A program made the translations under genes and the position numbers. Of a stretch of DNA of 64,000 bases, positions 36,032 through 47,200 are shown piece by piece. Under the pieces are notes generated by a model, which saw nothing but the letters and a program-made list of their open reading frames with translations, did not search any database and was not told the DNA's origin. Position 1 is the stretch's first letter; each line of letters begins with the position of its first letter. Source of the DNA: a virus; the IMG/VR virus record IMGVR_UViG_3300045988_150084; one strand, 5' to 3'.

Positions 36032-39012
36032 TATTTATCAATCTCCTTTTTCACAAGAGTTTTTACTCCGTCTTCAATAAGAAATTCTGAATTATTATCA
36101 AGAGTTACCGAATCGAGAAGATTTATACTTCGTATCTCAGTCCCTTTTCCTTCGCTTGCGTCTGTGTCTACTGTAAATTTATATGGAGAAGCGAAACAAT
36201 AGTCATTACCAGAACGAATACTAAGAGAAAGGCTCTGCTTGGTTGCCTTAAACGTAATCTTCGTCTCGTATGTCACAGCATGATAGTCACCGCTTATCTC
36301 ATAGAACGTCGCGCCGATTGCTTCATCCCAAGAAAGGGTAACGTATTCTCCAGACATACTCTGCCGTACAAAGGCAACAGGGTTAGGCATTAACGACATC
36401 GTGAACGTCTTTGTAGTGCTTGCCGAATTGCCAGCTTGGTCATAAGCCGTGATAACGACCGTATTAATACCATCTACGCCAATACCTGTGTATCGAGTGT
36501 TGGTTGTGTGTTCGAGCTTGTCGCGGTATTTGACCGTGTATTCCTTGAAGTCTCCCTCCGTATTCTTATCCCATGTAAGACTGAACTTTGCGCCATCTTT
36601 TGTGAGAATGACGTTCTGTGGTGTGGCTGGAGGACTGTCCGTGAGGTGAAGAGTAACCGTACCTGTCTCAATCGCTTTAGAGTACAGACCGCTCTCATTT
36701 CTGACGATAACGCGGAACGCTACATTTGCATCCTGTTTTTCTTCGGCCTCATAGGAACAAACATTTGTATCTGTGAGAAGCTCCCATTCCCCATCTGGAT
36801 ATTTACGATAGAGAGAATAATACACCCCGATTTGTGTAGGAGAAGCTCCCCACGTTACTTTTGCTTTTAGCTTTGTGATAGGCGTATCGAGAATATCATC
36901 AAGAACCGTAACTCTGATACCGTCAGCTGGCAATGGCGTGCCAAGAACAGGCTTATTAAGAGAATAGTTAGGCATTGTGATTGTCGCACCGAGCGTATCG
37001 TTGTAGATAGTCGGATTGTACTGTCTTCCCTTAATGGTATATTCGCCGTCTTCTGTCTCTTGAATCTCCGTAATTCTAAAGGGCATTTCTACGAAAATAT
37101 CCTTATAGGTAATGGAAACAACATCGGACGGTTCGAGGTGTGCAGCTTGATAGCCAGTCTTGAACTCTACTTGAAGAGTACACGTTCTGTTGTAGTCTCG
37201 ATAGAAACGACCAAGACGAAGAGCTTGAGCCTGAGAAGTAACGCCCTCCAGTTCAACCTCTTTTGTAATAATCTTGTGCCGTTGTCGTTGGTCACCATAA
37301 TCATCAACAATAGCGGTTGCCGTTTGCCAGTTATTGAGAGGGTCGATAAACTTGATTTGATATTGGTTCGGACACTCATCGAGGGAAATCTGTGAGATAG
37401 AGAAATCCTTGATAGAACTGTCCGTGAACTTGTAGGATATATCAGTCTGTCTCTCGATTCGCAGATGAAGTTTATTCTTAGACAGGACAAGATAGCCGCA
37501 GAAAGAAGCCATGATATTTTGAATCCAGTCCCACATAGATTGCTGATTGTCCATGACAAGGTTCAATTCATATCTCTTGCCTGTAAGAACTGTTCCGTCA
37601 GCCATCTTGTAGGAGACTTCCGCGTCGCACCAGTCAGCCGCTTCTTTGAAACTATCCTCGTCGATATTTTCCTCTGTCAGCCAAAGACCGCCGCCGTATG
37701 TCTTGTTGAGAAGCAAGTCCCTGAGACACATAGCAGGATTTGTTGAATATACCCATTGATTAGTTCGCGTATCATATACCTTGCGTCCTTTTACAAGTGC
37801 TTCGATAGACGGATTTCCGTTTAGCTCACTACATACAGAAAAAGTAAGGTCTAGCCATGCCATATTAGGATAGCCGCCGACCGTTTCATAGTTCTCAGGT
37901 GTGTCTCCGTCGTGATACGTCATTTTAGTCTGTCCTGCAATCGTAGAAGCAACGGCTGGAACAGGCTTGCGGTAGCACGGAGAGGGCTTGCTGTTCACTA
38001 CATATCGGTCAAATGTACAATACCATGCCTTACGTTTTCGCATGTGATGCCAATGAGATTCGCTGTGTCTAGTGTTAGGGACAGAGAGGAGAACCATACC
38101 GTCTCTATAAGCCCTAATGTCCCAATCATCGCCGCCATCCTTGCGTAGTTCCGCGCGTCCCTTGAAGGTTAAGTCACCAATGAGGATGTCTCCTGCACTT
38201 CGAGAGGTATTAGCAACAGGGAACGCCTCCCATCCGTCCTGCAATCTATTGATATACGAGATGAGGGAAGACACTTCCATCTGCCAAGACCAATAACTTG
38301 CGTCCGAGCTTTGTGTATCGTCCTGATTTTTTAAGTCTAACTTTTTGAGGTTTCCGTTCCAGTACAGTTGAAGCTGTTTTCCGTCCATCTGTACCCATGC
38401 GTCCTCGAATCGTCTGTTCTGCACATAGAAGATAGTCCTGCTCTGAATATCATCTTTACTCGATGAGTCGGGGATGTTGTAAGAAGCAGCCGTGACGTTT
38501 TCGACACCTTCAATACCACCCTCGCAGAGAACAACATGCTTATGAAGTGTATTTGCATCTGCGTCTGTTTCGTGAAGCGTCTGATTGCCAGTTACTTTTC
38601 TTCTACCATAGACAACTGGGATAACACCGCCGAGAGACTGAGTTTCCTGTTCGCGGTCAAACCTCATTACACTTACGTTGCTATTCGATTGTCCTTGCTG
38701 ACCACCAAAAGCCGTCCAAATCGAGGAGAAAAGAGAAGCCCCCATGATACCAGCCGCAAGGGAAACGCCGTGAGCCGCTTGTAAGCCAAACATAGCAGGA
38801 TTGCAGAAGCCAACCGCAAAACCAACGACGGATAAAGCAACCTTACCAGCGTCCTTACCTCCACCGCCTTTACCGAATCGTTGAAGGTCAAACTTGAACG
38901 CTTTAGAGGAAAATTTCAGAAATTCGTCACCGTAAACCTCATCGCTCAAGGCATTGCGGGACGTGATAAATCTATCCTTCATTGTTCCCTCCTTAGTGAT
39001 AATTAGCTTCAA
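36031..39012 (-). CDS. central tail fibre / host-specificity (lambda J-like) protein
   Basis: 993 aa, immediately distal to the distal-tail genes. Contains FN3-like repeats (GTVTLHLTDSPPATPQNVILTK...). Confidence 0.55.
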   Translation of the reverse strand: MKLIITKEGTMKDRFITSRNALSDEVYGDEFLKFSSKAFKFDLQRFGKGGGGKDAGKVALSVVGFAVGFCNPAMFGLQAAHGVSLAAGIMGASLFSSIWTAFGGQQGQSNSNVSVMRFDREQETQSLGGVIPVVYGRRKVTGNQTLHETDADANTLHKHVVLCEGGIEGVENVTAASYNIPDSSSKDDIQSRTIFYVQNRRFEDAWVQMDGKQLQLYWNGNLKKLDLKNQDDTQSSDASYWSWQMEVSSLISYINRLQDGWEAFPVANTSRSAGDILIGDLTFKGRAELRKDGGDDWDIRAYRDGMVLLSVPNTRHSESHWHHMRKRKAWYCTFDRYVVNSKPSPCYRKPVPAVASTIAGQTKMTYHDGDTPENYETVGGYPNMAWLDLTFSVCSELNGNPSIEALVKGRKVYDTRTNQWVYSTNPAMCLRDLLLNKTYGGGLWLTEENIDEDSFKEAADWCDAEVSYKMADGTVLTGKRYELNLVMDNQQSMWDWIQNIMASFCGYLVLSKNKLHLRIERQTDISYKFTDSSIKDFSISQISLDECPNQYQIKFIDPLNNWQTATAIVDDYGDQRQRHKIITKEVELEGVTSQAQALRLGRFYRDYNRTCTLQVEFKTGYQAAHLEPSDVVSITYKDIFVEMPFRITEIQETEDGEYTIKGRQYNPTIYNDTLGATITMPNYSLNKPVLGTPLPADGIRVTVLDDILDTPITKLKAKVTWGASPTQIGVYYSLYRKYPDGEWELLTDTNVCSYEAEEKQDANVAFRVIVRNESGLYSKAIETGTVTLHLTDSPPATPQNVILTKDGAKFSLTWDKNTEGDFKEYTVKYRDKLEHTTNTRYTGIGVDGINTVVITAYDQAGNSASTTKTFTMSLMPNPVAFVRQSMSGEYVTLSWDEAIGATFYEISGDYHAVTYETKITFKATKQSLSLSIRSGNDYCFASPYKFTVDTDASEGKGTEIRSINLLDSVTLDNNSEFLIEDGVKTLVKKEIDK

Positions 39013-39796
39013 ACGGAATTGCTGGGAAACCGCTGAAATGTTTTAGATTATTGAACTTCTTACAACACTCTTTTGTCTTATCGCAACCACGTTCGAGAAT
39101 CACATACTGACCAACCAAATCACTTTGTAGAAAGTTGATACCAAGCGTGATATTGTTTCCGTCATTGCTGATAATATTCCTCGATTCGCCACGGATAATA
39201 GCCATTCCAAAGGAAAAGAAATCCTTATCGAAAGAGCTTTCAACAGTCAGAACATTTCCATCCGTACTCACATTGGTGATTTTTACGTTGTACTGCTTTT
39301 GTTCAAGAGCACAATTCGCATCGCCAAAGTTACTATTGCATTGTGTCTGGTAAAGCCTTTGCGGAGTATTAACCGTGGGGAAAATGGAACGTAGCGTACA
39401 TGAAAAAACACCCTCTGAATAAGAAGGTGAATCAAGGTAGCCGATAAAGATAGGGAGACAAGAACCATCTTTCAGACTGTCAGGGTATTGTATTTTCCAG
39501 ATACCAACCTCACATCCGCGAAAGTCAAAACCATTCAACACATAAGACAGCTTAGTTCCGTCAACATCGCCAAGATGTACCTGTGTCTCATCGAAAAGAT
39601 TATCAGCACTCCTCGTAATATCGTCTCTCGAAAAGGGAATGTGTACAAAGGTTTGACCATTGAAAACAATATCCTCATCACATGCAGCAATATAGGAAAG
39701 TCCTGTTCTGAGCTTTAGGACATACAGTTCAATAAAGAACGGAGCGTTTGAGTCTTTTGCTTTCTCCATTTCAACAGGGATATAAGACAAAATCAA
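38993..39796 (-). CDS. distal tail protein
   Basis: 267-aa ORF. Confidence 0.4.
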   Translation of the reverse strand: MILSYIPVEMEKAKDSNAPFFIELYVLKLRTGLSYIAACDEDIVFNGQTFVHIPFSRDDITRSADNLFDETQVHLGDVDGTKLSYVLNGFDFRGCEVGIWKIQYPDSLKDGSCLPIFIGYLDSPSYSEGVFSCTLRSIFPTVNTPQRLYQTQCNSNFGDANCALEQKQYNVKITNVSTDGNVLTVESSFDKDFFSFGMAIIRGESRNIISNDGNNITLGINFLQSDLVGQYVILERGCDKTKECCKKFNNLKHFSGFPAIPFEANYH

Positions 39797-40728
39797 TCAC
39801 CGTCCTTTTTCATAGGAGCACCAACAACAACGAGGTGCATAGTGGAGGAACTTGCTGTCTGAGGAATCATAGGAGCACCAAAAAGGTACGTCTTTCCCTT
39901 ATCAACACCGAGTAATTCACTTTTTTCCTTACCGCTGAAATAGCAAACAGCTCTCTTGAAATAGAACTCATTGCTCTCTCCGAAAAGGTAAGAATACGGC
40001 TTCAACACGACATGGTTTGCTGCCCCATTGTCCGAAGTAAGAGTCATTTGACACTTATATCCAACAATGTTCTGCATTTCTCGAATATCTGTAATAGTAA
40101 GCTCACTAGGCATATACACATTATAGATATTTCCGTGGTTAATGAACTGGAGAGGAGAGAAATCACCGTAGCGGTTATACAGAGCCATCAGCCTATCTCG
40201 CTCTTTCTTTTTTCCATTCATATTGAAGGTGAAAGTGTGGATAGGATTGTTCCATGTTTTTTCTCTAGCGTCAGCAAGCGTTTCGAGGATATTTGTATTC
40301 CAATCGTCTGTATCTTCAATTTCTCCTCGAATCGGAAAATCAAACTCGGCAAATTCTGGAAGTTCTTGATATAAAACCTTACTTCTATCAATCTGCAACT
40401 TAATTTCAGCACTATAACCGACGATGTTCTGCATCTCACGAATCTGTTTGAATGTTATTTTTTCTGCAAAACAACACGTTTCTTTTGTTCCATTATAGTT
40501 GAAATAAAACTTATCGAGAAGTCCGTGATGTCTGTCATAGAAGTCGCGAAGATACCCGAGCATATTTTCCTTACCATACACAACAAAAGATAGCATTTTC
40601 TTTGCTCTTGCTCTCCTGCGATTATGGACAACCATACCGTTATAGAACTGAATTTCTTTGCTTTCCCATGAGTAAATATTTTGTACTTCCCCACGAGGGA
40701 CAATATTTAATACTTCAATATCACTCAT
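39793..40728 (-). CDS. minor tail protein
   Basis: 311-aa ORF. Confidence 0.4.
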   Translation of the reverse strand: MSDIEVLNIVPRGEVQNIYSWESKEIQFYNGMVVHNRRRARAKKMLSFVVYGKENMLGYLRDFYDRHHGLLDKFYFNYNGTKETCCFAEKITFKQIREMQNIVGYSAEIKLQIDRSKVLYQELPEFAEFDFPIRGEIEDTDDWNTNILETLADAREKTWNNPIHTFTFNMNGKKKERDRLMALYNRYGDFSPLQFINHGNIYNVYMPSELTITDIREMQNIVGYKCQMTLTSDNGAANHVVLKPYSYLFGESNEFYFKRAVCYFSGKEKSELLGVDKGKTYLFGAPMIPQTASSSTMHLVVVGAPMKKDGD

Positions 40729-41126
40729 CGTTTATAACCTGCCTTGAATCCTTTTTGCCAGAAATCTCTATGGTAAATTGTGCTTGATGTTTCTCCTTCG
40801 ATTGTGGGAACTTGCATAGCTAAAACCTTACCATATCCAAGATAGATACCAAGGTGGGAGTCACCGAGAACGTCAAAGAGAATAATATCTCCGAATTGCA
40901 GTTTCTCGTAATCATTCTCTCTTGTGAAATGGCCATTGAGATACCTTGCTAATCGGAAAGGCTCTCTCTTCTCCCAGTCCTTTGTAATAGGCCGTCCATC
41001 GTCAAATGTCTGCTCCCAGCCATGCTCTTTGTAAAACAAGGAACACAGACCAAGGCAGTCACATCCGTCGAAGTCACGACCGTTGAATTTATGAAGAATA
41101 CCAATGTATTTATCTATATTTTCCAT
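40725..41126 (-). CDS. NlpC/P60-domain tail protein (lambda gpK-like)
   Basis: Cys-His signature CDCLGLC...GDIILFDV...HLGIYLG. Confidence 0.5.
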   Translation of the reverse strand: MENIDKYIGILHKFNGRDFDGCDCLGLCSLFYKEHGWEQTFDDGRPITKDWEKREPFRLARYLNGHFTRENDYEKLQFGDIILFDVLGDSHLGIYLGYGKVLAMQVPTIEGETSSTIYHRDFWQKGFKAGYKR

Positions 41127-41209
41127 GATACCTCCTTAACGCCTGAGCTTCTTGCGGCGTTTACTAGGCTTTTCACCTAGGCTTTCCCTTTATGGGAGCT
41201 TACGAAAGA

Positions 41210-44200
41210 TTATCTGAAACCGTGACGCTGTTGATTGCCCATGATTCTCTGGAAAGCACGCGGGTTCTTTTGAATTGCTCTCATAACACTTGCACTATCT
41301 GCTTGCGTATTGAGAACAACCATATTCCCAGAACCGTTATCTTTACTCCCCATAGCGGCTAACATATCGTTCTGTTGTTGCATAAGCTGTTCCAGACGTT
41401 TGTTGCTGCTTGTCTTAATCACGGTGTTATTACGGTTGAACTTGCGGTAATTCTCCACAGTTTTAGGACTCATAACAGGCTCATAGGACTCACCAAGGTC
41501 ACCGCCGTCCGCGTATCGCTTCATACCAGCAATAGCTTCTGGATTGGCATTGAGCGTATCGAGGAAGGAAACTCCGACCTTATCCACCGTGGATTTCTTG
41601 ATGATATACTCACCATTGGATGTGCGGATAAACTGCCCTCGATTAGCAAGGTAGGTAAGAATGGAATCACTTGTACCTGTTCCTGCTCCTCCGATAAGAC
41701 CTGTTGTGTCACCGCCAGTAGCGAACTTAGGAATCAATCCACCAGCAGCCATTGGGAAGAAATTCCTTGTCATCATCGTCCCATTCAAGGTCATAACCGA
41801 ACCAGACAAAATATCCATGACCGAAGTATTTGCTGTTGTTGTAGCCGTTCCTGTAACCTTTGCGCTAGTGTCTAATGCCGTTTTAGCCGTGCCGAGGATT
41901 GTCTCTTTTGTGAGAAGTCTAGTTGCATTTGACATGGCATTTGTGACTGCTGAAGCACCCTTAACAGTAGTAGAATTGATTGCCAGCTTTTGTCCGAGGT
42001 CTGAGAACGCTTTTGTATAGTCTGCCTTACCGCCGAATTGGTTTGTTGCACCGTATCGAGAGGAAGGAATCCTATCCATGACGTTTCCGCTCCAGCCGCT
42101 CATAAAGCCGCCTACTCTGCCGATATTGTTGACAAAGTTTCTCCTCTGCACCCTTCTCGTGATGTTCTCACCGCTAAGAATGTCCTTGAGTCCCCATTTC
42201 TGCATCTGAACCTTGAGGATTTGTTGGAGAGCGAGCTTTGCAATATCACTCCAGAGTGCTTTCCACGACTCTTTGAACGACTTTCCTTCGAGCAGCACAT
42301 CGGAGAATATAGAATGGACACCATTTTCGATGATGTCGGCAAGTTGGTCTGTCACAGCATTAAGAGATTTCTTTACATCGTCAATGGATTTCTGAACCTC
42401 TGTCAAGTCCTTCTTATATTGCTGTGTAGCTTCGCCGCCGTGTTCGCGGTTTTGGTCAATCCTATCGGTAAGTTCATCTACATGCTTAGAAACCTTTTGA
42501 ATCTCGGCATTGAGTGTCTTATCTTCGCTTGTGAGGGTCTTGCGTTTCTCGATAAGCAAATCAAGGCGTTTCTGTTCGGCATCACGTTCTGTCTCCCAGC
42601 CGCTACGCTTCTCGTAGTCGCTTGACTCTGCCTTAGATAACTGAGAATGAATCCAGTCGTATTTCTTTTGCAGGATGTCAAGTTTCTGTGCATAGAACCG
42701 CATATTCTCCATATAGGACTCATTGTCGGTCATGCCGTTTACTTTGTACTCGTGTGCGTTGGAAAGACTCTCAAGCTGTGCGTCCAGACGTTCCGTAGGA
42801 GACATAGAGCCATAAACCTTACGGTCGCGCTCCGCTTTGTCTTCTACATACTTCGATTCGAGGGAATCTAGTTGACTACGAGACTTGATGATAGAGTTAA
42901 TAGCCTTGGTGAAATCACCCTTGCCCTCTTTATCAAACTTCTTCGCAATCTCTTGAATCTCAGAATCTGGAAGTGTCTTGATACCTTCGATGGACAGATT
43001 ATTCTCACTCAGGAAACCCTTGAAGCCACTGAACTTATCGGAATAGTCCTTGAGGAAGTCTTCGCCGTTCTGTTGGATTGCTCTCCAGTAACTAAGCGTA
43101 GTCTCCGTAGACTTGAGTTTAGCTTCTTCGTTCTCGGCAATCTTCTTATAGATTTCAGCCGTATAGCCACTCAGTTTAGCTTCGGTTTCAAGGCGTTTCT
43201 GTTCCCTCTCATAGCGCTTCTGGTCAGTCTCGTACCGATAAGCAGCTTCTTCGATACCGTTTCTATGGAACGCATTTTCACCACGGTATTTCTCCCAACG
43301 GTCAACAGACTCGCTCGAACTAATCGAAGGAGAGCCATATTTAACACCGTTAGCTTGAGCAAGTTCTTTGATGTCTACACGACCGAGAACAGCTCCGAAA
43401 TACTGTTGCGCTTCTTCCATTGTTCCATGATGAACGCCGCCGCTACTGTTCCGTGCGATATACCCACCGTTGCCGTCATAGATACCTACATGCTTATTCC
43501 AGTTGATGATGTCACCAGCATTGAGAGGAGCTTCACCAGCGTGATATGCACTTCCTGCCTGTTCCATAAGCGTGTCGCCGTTCGGACTATTGACAGATGT
43601 GATACCGTGCTTGTTCATCATGTAGGAAACCCAAGACGAACATTGACTCTCCCATGTAGAGTTATCATCAAAACCTGCATCTATGCCGCGCCATTGTTCG
43701 CCAGCATGAGCGTCAGCTTCTTTGACCATGGCTTCACCGATGTTCTCGCCAATGGTTTGTGTTGCCGTGTTCCAACCAGACTCATTAGCGTATTGGTCAA
43801 TAGAACGAGAGTAATTATATCCATCTTCGTCCTCGGGCCAAGCATTAGTGTGACCGACATTATACCAATCCGTAGCGGTTTTAGCGTCATCGTAGCGCAT
43901 ACCGTTATAAGCGTCACCGCGAATGTATGTCTTAGCTAATTCATCGATGAGGTCTGCCTCGTCTTTGAAACTTCCCATATAGCCGCCGATGTGAGCGTTT
44001 GTAGTAAACTCAGTAACGTTAGGAGTTTCAGACATAAATTGGCCATACATCATATTAGGAGTGATATAGCGGCCTGTTGTGTCTTGGATTTCTTTCGACA
44101 CCCTTACCGCAAGTTCAGCAAGATATGGATTTGTGAAGGAACTGTAATCATACCCACCAGCATTAAGCCGAGAACCTTCCGTCATGCGATGTTCATCGTT

Positions 44201-47200
44201 TCGGGAATAGTCCCTAGAATACTTCGTACTGTTGTACTTCTTATCAAATTCCTCGATATAGTCAGGAAGAACCTTGTCTAGTTGCTCATCGGAGAGGAAA
44301 TTGCCATAGAGTTTCTTCCAAATCTCACCCTCGGATAACCCCTGTGAAGCAAGGTTACCAAACTTTTCGAGGAGCTTATAAGCAGAATCAAATGGGTCAG
44401 AACCGCCAGTAGCAAACAGGTCGCTGATACCAGAGAAGTCTGTATTCTTAGCACCCTTGCCATAGAACAGGTTCAGAAGACTAAACAAGGAAGATTCTTT
44501 CACGCCATACTTGGAAAAATCACCGCGAGACATCATATCTTTGACTGTGGCGATAGCCTGTTGCTGTTCGTCAGAGTAGTTTATATACTCTTTCGGTTCT
44601 TTCTTCTCATGGCCAGATGAATCCCTTCCAGAACCAGAACCACCACGCCCAGAGCCGAAATTCTCAGAATCCTTGCCTTCGTTGTTGCGTCCCTCTGTAA
44701 TGTCTTTGGACTCATAAGGAGTAACCTTTTGGAGTCCTTCAATCGCTTCTTGCGCTTTTTTGTTCTCTTCGTCTAGGTAGCCTTGAATATCTTCTAACGC
44801 TTTTCCTTTAACTTCACTTTGGTCTTCTGTTACCCAGTCAAGGTGTCTCTGGATATTATCTATCTGTGCTTCTTTGATTTTTTTAAGCACGGTGTCTAAA
44901 AGACCGTCCCCAAGGCTTTCTTGCTCCTCTTTAAGTGATTCAATAGATTGTTTGTCTACTTCAATCGCTTGCGCATCCATGTTGTATCTAAATTGATAGA
45001 ACATAGCGTATGCTTTTTGAAGGATATTTAACCCATCGAGCTGTGAGGTTGTCCATTTACCAAAGTTTTGAATGGATTTTTCCAACCTATCTCTTTCTTT
45101 ATTCGTCCATTCAACTTGATTGAGATAATATTGATAGAGAGAAGTGTTTGCTTCTTTTAGTTTTTCTTCTTTTGCATTTGTCGCAGTAATATAATTATCT
45201 TTTTCAGCATTATATGCTTCTGTTGTGTAACCAGCTTGCTTGATTCTTTCTGCTGCATCTGCGCCAAACACATCTGTCAAATGTTGGTCAATGTCGATTA
45301 GCTTACTTTTTGAAGTTGCAAGTTCTTCTTCTGAGAGTTTCCCAGATTCAATAGCTTCTTTCAGTTCTTGTGCTTTTTCTATGCTGCTATCTGTCATTTC
45401 GATGTTCTTTTTACGAGCATCAACCTCTTTAGAAAGCGTATCAACTTCTGTTTCCAGACTTTCCTTTACCTTATCAGTAGCTTCACTAAAATCGAGAAAA
45501 AGAGGAACAACAACTGCAAGAAGGGTAATTATAACTCCGATAGGCCCACCAAAAGCAGAAAAGGCAATATTGAGAACGCGAGCTGCCATAGAAGCAGCAG
45601 TCATCCCTGCGGCCGCAAGTCTGCCTGCGTCAGCCATAGCAATCATTTTAACTCTAGCGATTTCGGTACTTACTGCGTTCGCTTTAGCGTATCTATCAGC
45701 TATCCTGAGTTGCTGTGCATAAGACATCTGAGCCAGTTGTACCGCTTTCGTAGACGTAACAACCTTTTTGTCAGTAGTGATGAGACGTTCAAGCTCTGCT
45801 CTATATTCTTTTGTTTGTCTTATTGAATTAACGGTAGCAGAACTTTTCGAATCGGATTTATTTATTGACGTAGCCGCTGGGATATTCATCACCTGAGTCA
45901 TGTATGAAGACCTGCCAGACGCATAAGCAGCTTGAAGGTTTCCAGCAAGAGAGGAGATGATACCTGCATTTTTTTGTGCAGCACCGACTTCCCACATCGC
46001 AGTAGTTTTACCAGCTAAAGAAGCAATTTGTCTGAGGATAGGAGGTAATAACTTGTATGCCGCAACAATAGCAAGGATACCCTTCGCGAACTGATAAGCG
46101 TGAGATGTTCCTTTTTGACTTTTTTCAAGGAGACTATTTAAGAGATTGAGAATCCACTTAATGTCATTAACAAGACCGTTGTTGCCGTTCGACATGAAGA
46201 GCTTTGCGATATTCGCTTTCAGAGTCTCTACCTTACGAGCAACCGTGTCCATCTGGAGAGCTAACTGTTGGTCTGTGAATCCAGCGGAATCCTTGGTCAG
46301 CTCGATAGTACGTTTCAACTCGTTGTAGTTGTTCAAGAGAGCGATGGTCTTGGATGATTGCCACTTACCACCAGAGATAGCAAGCATAAAATCAGACAAG
46401 GACTTAGAATCAAGGTTTGTGTGTTGCAGTCCTTTGGAAATATCAAGAATCAGGTCTTCAACAGGACGTAACTCTTTCTTTCCGTTTGCGCCAATCTTAT
46501 AAACCTCAATGCCGAATTTTTGCATAGCCTTGACAGCCTTATCTGACTGAATCGAGGCAAACAAGGATTTCAGCATTGTACCGATTTCATTACCACTCTT
46601 AGCCGTGGTACGGACACCTGTTGCGATGAGTGCGTTTAAGAAACCAAAGGAAACACCAGCGGCGTTCGCGGCAGCTCCTGATTGCTTAACACCTTCTGTC
46701 AAATCCTGCGCCGAAGCACCAGATGTATGAGCAAGTTTCGTCCACACATCGAGGATATGAGTAGAACGTGCCATCAATAGGTTACTGTCCTCTGTCTGCA
46801 TATTGAACTGGGAGAGTGCCGACTCAAGACCAAGTACAGCGTCCTTCATCTCAAAGTTATCTGTGGTAGCCATCTTAGCCGCTTGCGCCGTCAGAATTTC
46901 AGTATTCTTAGCGCCCACGTCAGCGTCACCGCCGCCTTGGCCATACAAACGACCGACAGACCTTGCCGCTTCGAGGACATTATCAGCAGACTGTCCGAAT
47001 TGAGCACCGATAGAAGCAAACTTTGAGAACTCTCCGTTCATCGCCGCTTGTCCTTCTTCTACCTTCGGCAACACCTGTGCGATACCAGCCATAGCAAGCT
47101 CGTACTTAGAAACGTCAGATACCACATCGGAGGGGAAACTGATAATATGATTCTCAATAGAACTACCGATTGCCCAGTTCGCAGATTCTCTAGCTCTCCT

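Noticed and set aside
30886-39012. Looked for a diversity-generating retroelement (template/variable repeats plus reverse transcriptase) near the tail fibre genes
   Set aside because: No RT-like ORF and no obvious near-identical TR/VR pair were seen.
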